Of a DNA stretch of 48,796 bases, positions 42,258 through 48,796 are shown piece by piece. The notes beneath the pieces are model-generated. The model had not been told where the DNA came from. It ran no database searches and worked only from the letters and a program-made list of their open reading frames with translations. Source of the stretch: a virus (taxonomy: Duplodnaviria > Caudoviricetes); the IMG/VR virus record IMGVR_UViG_3300048853_000015, positions 1-48,796 of that record; one strand, 5' to 3'. The position numbers were made by a program, and so were the translations under genes. The stretch's first letter is position 1. Each line of letters begins with the position of its first letter.

Positions 42258-43277
42258 ATGACCGAACAATCAATCGGCAATCTCGCCGCCAAAATCGTCA
42301 ACCCTTGGGCTTGGTATCAGAACGCGCTGAAAGGCGATTTCGGCCCGATGCACGAGGGCCAGCCAGAACAAGGTTACTACCGCACCAGGTTCAAGGGCGG
42401 CCAGTGGGAGCCGGTCGCAATCTACTATCCGGAAGGCTCCGATCAGTTGGTTGCCTACCGCTCCGGCCGTGAAGTCGATCCGGCCGAGACGTGGAACTTC
42501 TGCCGCACGCATCCGATCACATACGAGGCCTACATGAAGGCGCTCGACGGCCAGGGCTTCGACGATGAGCCTCCGCTCGCGACGATCGGCGACAACAGCG
42601 GCTCGGAAGATCCTTTCGATGCGATCATGCAGGAGCTCGCCGGCGAGAAGGAGATGGCGGACGAGTTCTTGCGCGATCCGGTCAAGACGCAGGCGGACGC
42701 CGACAAGGCCGGCATCTGGGCAAAGCGCCTTTCTGATCTTGCCAAGCGCGCGGACAATCTGCGCGTCGTCGAGAAGGAGCCGCATCTGGCCGCCAGCCGC
42801 GCCGTCGATGACAAATGGCGCGCCCCGGTCGGACAGGCCAAAGACCTTTCGGTCGCTCTCAAGCTACACGTCGAGCCCTTCCTGATTGCCAAGAAGCGCG
42901 AGGAAGAGGCTCGGGCCCGCAAGGCAGCCGAGGAAGCGGCCGCACTTCGCCGCAAGGCCGAGGAGGCCGCTCGCAAGGCAGCCACAGACAACGACGCCAA
43001 AGCCGAGCAGGAGCGCGCAGAGCTGCTTCGCCAAGCTGAAGCGGCAGACAAGGCCGCCGAGGTCAAAAACGCGCAGGCGGGCCGCACAGGGGCGAAGGTT
43101 TCGATCCGGACGGAGAAGGTCGGAGTCGTGACCGATTACGCTAAGGCGGCAGCCGCCCTCGTCGCCATGAAGCACAAAGACCTGATCGAGATCATCGACA
43201 AGCTGGCGCAGCGCGCGGCCAAGGCCGGCATGCCGTTTGATGGCATGGAAGTGAGGGAAGAGGAGCGCGTGGTCTGA
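42258..43277 (+). CDS. Coiled-coil protein in the recombination module
   Basis: 339 aa; GYYRTRFKGGQWEPVAI N-terminus; long A/E/K-rich helix; ends GMEVREEERVV. Confidence 0.7.
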   Translation: MTEQSIGNLAAKIVNPWAWYQNALKGDFGPMHEGQPEQGYYRTRFKGGQWEPVAIYYPEGSDQLVAYRSGREVDPAETWNFCRTHPITYEAYMKALDGQGFDDEPPLATIGDNSGSEDPFDAIMQELAGEKEMADEFLRDPVKTQADADKAGIWAKRLSDLAKRADNLRVVEKEPHLAASRAVDDKWRAPVGQAKDLSVALKLHVEPFLIAKKREEEARARKAAEEAAALRRKAEEAARKAATDNDAKAEQERAELLRQAEAADKAAEVKNAQAGRTGAKVSIRTEKVGVVTDYAKAAAALVAMKHKDLIEIIDKLAQRAAKAGMPFDGMEVREEERVV

Positions 43278-43480
43278 TGTCGAAACGGAAGTGGGAACAG
43301 GGCCGGAAGCTGACGCCGATCGAAGCCTTGACCGAGATCGCCGCCGGCCGGCCCGTCTACTTCCGGCACAAGTGGACACACAACGGATGGGCCCGCGGTT
43401 GGCAGATCGCAATGGTGATCGGCTCCGCAAACCGAGGCGTCATCTTCGAAGCAAAGCAAATCCAGGAGGACGCGGAATGA
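43277..43480 (+). CDS. Small hypothetical protein
   Basis: Coupled on both sides. Confidence 0.55.
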   Translation: MSKRKWEQGRKLTPIEALTEIAAGRPVYFRHKWTHNGWARGWQIAMVIGSANRGVIFEAKQIQEDAE

Positions 43481-44382
43481 CCGCAGTAGCAAACAACGAC
43501 ACCCCGCGTCTCCCGACGCTTCAGGCCGGCGGCTCTGTCAAGGCCATCGTGCCGCAGGACTTCGACGGCGCCTGGCGGATTGCCACGGCAGTCACCAAGG
43601 CCGGCATGGCCCCGAAGGGCCTGGACACGCCGGAGAAGGCGATGGTCGCGATCATGCACGGCATGGAAGTGGGTTTGACGCCTATGGCCGCGCTGCAGTC
43701 GATTGCCGTCGTCAACGGCCGCCCGACGATCTGGGGCGATGGCGCGATCGGCCTCGTCCGTGGCTCCGGCAAGTGCGAGTGGATCAAGGAACGGATCGAC
43801 GGCGAAGGCGATGCAATGGTCGCTGTTTGCGAGGTCAAGCGCAAAGGAGAGGCAGACGCGATCAAGGCCACGTTCTCCGTCGCCGACGCAAAGAAGGCGG
43901 CTCTCTGGGGCAAGGCTGGCCCCTGGCAGCAATATCCTAAGCGAATGCTGGTTATGCGCGCCCGCGCCTTCGCGCTGCGTGACGGCTTTGCTGACGTGCT
44001 TCGCGGGCTTGGCATTGCCGAGGAAGTTCAGGACACGCCCGCGGTAATGCGCGACATCACCCCTCCGCCTCCTCCGAGGCCGCCGGCGCCGACCTCGATC
44101 GAGCATGATCCCGAACCTACTCATGATGCAATCGAGCACGAAACCGCAGAGGACGTAGCCGAGAGCGAGCCGGAGGCAGAGGAAGAGATCGACGATACGG
44201 CCTATTTCAGCCAACTCGAGGACGCTCTCGCCGTCGTTGGCGACCTCGCCACGCTAGAGGAAGTCTGGACCGAGTTCGATCCGATGGCTCGTTTCGACGG
44301 CAAGCCGAACGGCGATGTTAACCAGGGCATCGCAATGGCGATCCGCAAGCGCGCTGAAAAGCGCATCGGCGGTGCGGCATGA
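43477..44382 (+). CDS. RecT-like single-strand annealing protein
   Basis: GMEVGLTPMAALQSIAVVNGRPTIWGD; PWQQYPKRMLVMRARAFALRDGFADVL. Confidence 0.8.
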   Translation: MTAVANNDTPRLPTLQAGGSVKAIVPQDFDGAWRIATAVTKAGMAPKGLDTPEKAMVAIMHGMEVGLTPMAALQSIAVVNGRPTIWGDGAIGLVRGSGKCEWIKERIDGEGDAMVAVCEVKRKGEADAIKATFSVADAKKAALWGKAGPWQQYPKRMLVMRARAFALRDGFADVLRGLGIAEEVQDTPAVMRDITPPPPPRPPAPTSIEHDPEPTHDAIEHETAEDVAESEPEAEEEIDDTAYFSQLEDALAVVGDLATLEEVWTEFDPMARFDGKPNGDVNQGIAMAIRKRAEKRIGGAA

Positions 44383-45200
44383 CCAAAAGCGACTTCCCCG
44401 CACTCCGTATGCGCGTCGAGCGCGGTCACCTGGTTCCCGCCGGCCCGTTCGACGCCGAGCGCCTCAACAGCTACCGCAACGGCGCCATCGTCATGTGCCG
44501 GTTCACCGAAGAGCGTGAGCGCGTTCTGATCAAGAAGTGGTTCGCGATCATCGGTCTCGTTCTCAAGACCTGCGAAACCCCTTGGAAGACGCGCGACGAG
44601 GCACACGAGGCGATCAAACTCGCGCTCGGCATCGTCAACCTGTCCAAGACGGTCGGCGGAGAATTCATGGCCTATCCGAAGTCGTTGACCGAGCTCGACG
44701 ACCCGGAAATGACCGAGGCTCTGGAAAACATGACCGAGCTGTTGAGCCGAATTACCGGCGTCGATGTTGCCACGCTGAAAAAGGAAACCGCCCATCTCGG
44801 GCAAGAAGATACCGCCGACGAACCCTCATCCCCAGAGTCGTCGGACGGTGAAGACGCGGACTCCGCACCCGCGTCGGAGGGCGAAGGCCAGGCCGCCTCC
44901 CAGCCTTCGCCCTCCCAATATGCGGAATGGCTGTTCAACGTCGCCCGGATGCTCTGGGCGGCCACGAACTACCGCGGCGACATGTCGGTTCTGAAGGCCC
45001 AGAAGCGCGCGGCGATCGCCTCCTACCCGAAGGACGCGGATTGCCCGCCGGAGATCACCGGGAAGGCAGAGAGCGTCTACGGCTATTGCGAGCGCGTCGT
45101 CGATGGCGCGATCGGGCCCCAAGACGGGCTTGCGCTTATCGCCGGGATTGTCGGGTGCGATCAGGATGACCTGCAGCCGAGAAGGCGGGGGGCAGCCTGA
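44379..45200 (+). CDS. Hypothetical protein with a DUF1367/NinB-like N-terminus
   Basis: GHLVPAGPFDAERL and YPKSL motifs; follows the annealing protein. Confidence 0.55.
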   Translation: MTKSDFPALRMRVERGHLVPAGPFDAERLNSYRNGAIVMCRFTEERERVLIKKWFAIIGLVLKTCETPWKTRDEAHEAIKLALGIVNLSKTVGGEFMAYPKSLTELDDPEMTEALENMTELLSRITGVDVATLKKETAHLGQEDTADEPSSPESSDGEDADSAPASEGEGQAASQPSPSQYAEWLFNVARMLWAATNYRGDMSVLKAQKRAAIASYPKDADCPPEITGKAESVYGYCERVVDGAIGPQDGLALIAGIVGCDQDDLQPRRRGAA

Positions 45201-45556
45201 TGCCTATCCGCTCTGATCGAATGAAGCTCTACCCAGGCGGAGGAACGCACTCGAAGGAATGGAAGGCTTTCCGTGCGTCCCTCATCGAGCGCGCCGGCAA
45301 TGCGTGCGAGGGGACGCCTCAGCACCCTGATTGCCGCGCGGCCAACGGTCAGCCCCATCCGGAGACGGGAAGCAAGGTCGTGCTGACGATAGCCCACATG
45401 GATCACGACGAGAGCCACGCCGACCCAGAACGTTGTCGTGCCCTTTGCCAACGCTGCCATTTGAAGTGGGACGCCAAGCATCACGCTGCGAACGCGCGCA
45501 TCACCCGCCGTCGCAAAGCGCCACAGATCGACATGGAGGACTACCTCAATGCGTAG
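45200..45556 (+). CDS. HNH-like protein
   Basis: VVLTIAHMDHD...ALCQRCHLKWD. Confidence 0.75.
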   Translation: MPIRSDRMKLYPGGGTHSKEWKAFRASLIERAGNACEGTPQHPDCRAANGQPHPETGSKVVLTIAHMDHDESHADPERCRALCQRCHLKWDAKHHAANARITRRRKAPQIDMEDYLNA

Positions 45557-45944
45557 CGTCCCCGAATGGATCGGCCGCACCGACGACAGCATGCCGACCG
45601 ACAAGTGCAAGCTGCGCATCTTGGAACGGCAGGGCTGGAAGTGCGCAATCACCGGTCAGGATTTTCGCGACGGAACCAAAGCCGAGTTCGATCACATCGT
45701 GCCGCTTTGGCTAGGAGGCGAAAACCGCGAGTCAAACCTTCAGGCAATCAGCAAGAAAGCTCACCAGGCGAAGACGAGCGCCGAGGCCACCGTCCGGGCG
45801 AAGGTCGATGCTAACCGGCTGAAACGCGTGCTGGCGAAGAACAAGCCTAAGGGCGGCTTCAGCAAGCGATTCAAGCGGAAAATGAACGGTGACGTGATCG
45901 ACACCCGGACCGGCGAGATCGTGAACTCGACGAGGAACCCATGA
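45549..45944 (+). CDS. HNH endonuclease
   Basis: EFDHIVPLWLGGENRESNLQ.....H..KT. Confidence 0.8.
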   Translation: MRSVPEWIGRTDDSMPTDKCKLRILERQGWKCAITGQDFRDGTKAEFDHIVPLWLGGENRESNLQAISKKAHQAKTSAEATVRAKVDANRLKRVLAKNKPKGGFSKRFKRKMNGDVIDTRTGEIVNSTRNP

Positions 45945-46225
45945 CCCAGAAACACCGCGCGGCGATAGACGCTATGAATGCAGCGGAAAGCCAGGTTGAA
46001 TGGCTGAAGGCGCGCCTCGCATGGCTGCAGTTGCCGCCGAACAAGCAGGATCACGACACCCGCGAAAAGTGGCTGCTCGAATGCGGCATGCCTCCCGCTA
46101 TCGAAGACGCCAAGGCAGCAGCGCAGGGGGATTATAACGGGCGCATCCTTTCCGCCCTCCGCTCCCCGCCAGAGCCGGGACAAGACGCGCCGGAGCCGGT
46201 AAGTGTGGAGGGGGAAACCCAATGA
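45941..46225 (+). CDS. Hypothetical protein
   Basis: ATGA overlap chain. Confidence 0.5.
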   Translation: MTQKHRAAIDAMNAAESQVEWLKARLAWLQLPPNKQDHDTREKWLLECGMPPAIEDAKAAAQGDYNGRILSALRSPPEPGQDAPEPVSVEGETQ

Positions 46226-46488
46226 GCGGCGGCGGCAAAATCATTGAGAAGACGCCAGTCACGATTGAGGACGGCAAGACCGTCGTCCGCTACTGGCTCA
46301 TGAACGAATACCGCCCCGGATGGTACGACGAGATATGCATCTACGCCGAGCCGTCCGACGACGAGCCGCAGATCGGCGAAACCATTTGGTGGGGCGCAGA
46401 ACGCGCCATCTATTTCGGCCCGAACGACAGTAAGCAGTTGGTAAGGGTGGGCTATTCTTTCTCACCAGAAAGAGCAGGCGCGAGATGA
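46222..46488 (+). CDS. Hypothetical protein
   Basis: SD GGAGG; ATGA overlap chain. Confidence 0.55.
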   Translation: MSGGGKIIEKTPVTIEDGKTVVRYWLMNEYRPGWYDEICIYAEPSDDEPQIGETIWWGAERAIYFGPNDSKQLVRVGYSFSPERAGAR

Positions 46489-46865
46489 TCGAGGTCACGA
46501 ACGAACTGGTCAACTATATCGCACGTTACGGCGGCAGATGCCGGGAATGTGCCGACGAGGATGGAGTTTGCCCGACATCGGGGCTCCCCTGCGGCGAGTA
46601 CGACAAGGCAATCCGGCACGTGCTCAAGGCCCTGAACTACGGCGTTTCGCACGGCTTCCTACCAGCATCGACTATCGCCTCCCCGCCAGACGGCGAGTTG
46701 GTGCGGCTGCGGGAAGCGCTGGAAGCAATCCTGCTTTGCCACAAGGAAGGCGGTTTACTTGACAGCGTCGACAATGACGGCGAGCGCTACACGTCTCAGG
46801 CGCTCATCGACGCGATCGCCAAGGCCCGCGCCGCCCTTTCCGCGAAGGAGGCGCAGAAGCCATGA
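46485..46865 (+). CDS. Cys-containing hypothetical protein
   Basis: CRECAD..GVCP...PC; ends ARAAL. Confidence 0.55.
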   Translation: MIEVTNELVNYIARYGGRCRECADEDGVCPTSGLPCGEYDKAIRHVLKALNYGVSHGFLPASTIASPPDGELVRLREALEAILLCHKEGGLLDSVDNDGERYTSQALIDAIAKARAALSAKEAQKP

Positions 46866-47116
46866 GCTACGAGTGCGACGAATATTCCGAAGGCGCAACC
46901 TGCCCGCGCTGCGACGGCTGGCGCACGCTTGAATGCTACTGCGGCGGCGACCTCTGTGTCTGCGAGAACTACGGCGAGCGGGATTGCCCCCTTTGCCACG
47001 GCGAGGGCGAGGTCTCCAACGAACTGTACGATCGATACATGGAGAGACAGCGGCAGAGCGCCAAGGAATGGGCGGAAGTCCGTGCCCGCCTCGATGCCGC
47101 GAAGGAGGCCGAATAG
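46862..47116 (+). CDS. DnaJ-type zinc-finger small protein
   Basis: CPRCDG, CYCGGDLCVC, CPLCHGEG. Confidence 0.65.
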   Translation: MSYECDEYSEGATCPRCDGWRTLECYCGGDLCVCENYGERDCPLCHGEGEVSNELYDRYMERQRQSAKEWAEVRARLDAAKEAE

Positions 47117-47119
47117 ATG

Positions 47120-47320
47120 TCAAGTCGGCTTGTCATAAAAGTCCTTCCGCGGGCGCTGCGCCCTCTCCTTCTCAGGCGGTCGAACCTCCTCGATATCCTC
47201 CCCATAGAGGGTAACGGGCGTGTGGTAGCCCCTAAGCTTGACGGAAATCATGCCGTCCTCGCCGACCCTCGTAACGGTTCCGGCAAGCAGGACGCGGCTT
47301 CCCTTCTCGATCTTCGCCAT
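47120..47320 (-). CDS. Antisense small SH3/KOW-like protein
   Basis: MAKIEKGSRVLLAGTVTRVGEDGMISVKL; SD-like AAGGGG. Confidence 0.55.
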   Translation of the reverse strand: MAKIEKGSRVLLAGTVTRVGEDGMISVKLRGYHTPVTLYGEDIEEVRPPEKERAQRPRKDFYDKPT

Positions 47321-47388
47321 TTCCAGCCCCTTGCAAACACCAATAGGAATTTGGCGCTCGGAGGCGCGACGGCAAGTGAGGACGAGGG

Positions 47389-47571
47389 ATGACAGCACCC
47401 GCCGCAATCAAGCAATCTGACATGAAGCGCCTGGCGACCATTGCGAACGAGCACGCCATGACGATTGAGGTAGAGGCTGATGGGAAAGTTTACCGGTTTA
47501 TCCCCGGTATCCACGCGCCTCGCTTGCAGGAGGAAGAAACAGTTGACCGCGGGAAGGACATTTGCCTCTGA
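47389..47571 (+). CDS. Putative excisionase / recombination directionality factor
   Basis: 60-aa ORF directly upstream of int; IKQSDMKRL...IEVE pattern. Confidence 0.5.
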   Translation: MTAPAAIKQSDMKRLATIANEHAMTIEVEADGKVYRFIPGIHAPRLQEEETVDRGKDICL

Positions 47572-47578
47572 TGACGAA

Positions 47579-48667
47579 ATGCCGCGCAAGCTACCGCAGT
47601 TCGTCAGCAAAGAGCGAAATCGCCATGGGACATGGGTGTACTACTTCCGCAAGGGGAAGGGTAAACGCACCCGCCTGCCGGCATTCGGTACGCCAGAATT
47701 CGAGGAATCGTATCTAGCCGCCCTCACCGGCAATGCGGTGAAGCGCAGGGAAGGCCACCCGGAGAAAACGCTGGGATGGCTGATCGACCGCTACATGGAA
47801 AGCGCCGTATGGGCTAAGCTTTCCGACGCCACCAGGAAGCAGCGCGGTCTGATCTTCAAGGAAGTGCTCAAGACGAGCAACCCTCCATTTTCCGACATCA
47901 CGAAGAAGTCGATCGAGAACAGCATGGAAAAGCGCCGCGCTACTCCTGCGCAGGCCAATAACTTCCACAAGGCCATGAACAATATGTTCGCCTGGGCCGT
48001 GAAGAATGATCACGTCAAAGTCAATCCGTGCCTCGGTGTCGACCGTCTCACCTACAAGACGGAAGGGTTCACCCCTTGGGATGAAACCGACATCGTGAAA
48101 TTCTGCTTGAAATATCCGGTCGGAACCGTGGAGCGCTTGGCCCTCGAGCTCCTGCTCTATTCCGGCCTTCGGCGGTCGGACATCGTCAATGCCGGCAAGC
48201 AGCACATGAAGGGGAACACCTTCACAATGCGCACGAAGAAGACCGGAGCGGTGATTACCGTCGAATTTCCTCAGAGCCTAATGGACACGATCGCCGCGAC
48301 CAAGACGGGGGAGCTGGCATTCATCACGAATGCTTTCGGGAAGCCGTTCACGAAGGAAAGCTTTGGGAACTGGTTTGGGAAGAAGAGCAGAGCGGCGGGA
48401 ATATTCAAGAACGCGCATGGGGTGCGCAAGCTCTCTGCTACGACAGCCGCAAATGGCGGCGCGACCACGCATGAGCTGATGGCTCAATACGGGTGGACGA
48501 ATACAAAACAGGCTGAAACATACACAAAAGGCGCCGATCGGGTGCGCCTCGGGATCAAATCATCGCGTCTGGTTGCAGAACAGATGGGCGACATTATTCC
48601 CCGCACCTCAAATCCGGGTGCGGGTAAGGTTGCTAAAAGCGCAACAAAATCAACATCTAAGAAATGA
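47579..48667 (+). CDS. int: Tyrosine integrase
   Basis: SGLRRSD (R), KKTG (K), HGVRK (H-x-x-R), YGW, ETYT (Y); N-terminal RHGTWVYYFR arm domain. Confidence 0.95.
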   Translation: MPRKLPQFVSKERNRHGTWVYYFRKGKGKRTRLPAFGTPEFEESYLAALTGNAVKRREGHPEKTLGWLIDRYMESAVWAKLSDATRKQRGLIFKEVLKTSNPPFSDITKKSIENSMEKRRATPAQANNFHKAMNNMFAWAVKNDHVKVNPCLGVDRLTYKTEGFTPWDETDIVKFCLKYPVGTVERLALELLLYSGLRRSDIVNAGKQHMKGNTFTMRTKKTGAVITVEFPQSLMDTIAATKTGELAFITNAFGKPFTKESFGNWFGKKSRAAGIFKNAHGVRKLSATTAANGGATTHELMAQYGWTNTKQAETYTKGADRVRLGIKSSRLVAEQMGDIIPRTSNPGAGKVAKSATKSTSKK

Positions 48668-48669
48668 TA

Positions 48670-48796
48670 TGGTGCCCCCAGAGATTGTGCGACTATTACG
48701 CAGAATCAATCACTTAGGCGCCCTGCACCCTGATAACCGCCCCATTGATATTGTTATTGAATTCGCACAACCGCCCGCACCTTTTGGACAGTCAAA
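48670..48796. repeat. 127-bp terminal overlap, right copy
   Basis: Identical to 1-127. Confidence 0.95.

Larger units (their letters stand above)
1..48796. mobile_element. Complete temperate siphovirus / excised prophage genome (circular contig)
   Basis: Terminase, portal, capsid, tail, lysis, cI/cro, recombination and integrase modules all present; ends are identical over 127 bp. Confidence 0.95.

Noticed and set aside
1-48796. CRISPR array, reverse transcriptase (DGR or retron), IS element, rRNA
   Set aside because: No spaced repeats, RT motifs, transposase or rRNA-like sequence recognised by eye.

Overview
The window is a complete, circularly assembled temperate siphovirus genome (48,669 bp unique). 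Bases 1-127 are repeated exactly at 48670-48796, and the opening point sits at a tRNA-3'-like attP core right after a tyrosine integrase. Gene content (GcrA-like, GapR-like, GTA-type tail genes, K-antigen-type glycosyltransferase) points to a rhizobial alphaproteobacterial host such as Sinorhizobium/Ensifer; this is inference. Layout: att-proximal nuclease; lysis genes; a divergent polysaccharide moron (GT2+KpsS-like+TPR protein and an FkbM methyltransferase); tail spike; non-contractile tail; HK97-type head with a protease-capsid fusion and portal downstream of capsid; terminase and HNH genes; a late leader with structured RNAs; a leftward early operon (DnaB, adenine MTase, RuvC-like, GcrA-like, GapR-like); a lambda-like cro/cI switch with two operator clusters; a rightward early operon (RecT-like, HNHs); xis and int. 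Most notable: (1) a glycosyltransferase/methyltransferase cassette wedged into the head-neck genes; (2) a possible capsule-converting polymerase beside the tail spike; (3) a strongly structured minus-strand RNA in the immunity region of a phage with no visible initiator or primase; (4) a CI-CTD-like gene lacking the HTH and catalytic Lys, convergent with cI; (5) an integrase-arm-like/HNH fusion whose ORF joins int across attP; (6) two antisense small genes overlapped by bridging ORFs. All product calls come from motifs and synteny read by eye; no database searches were run.
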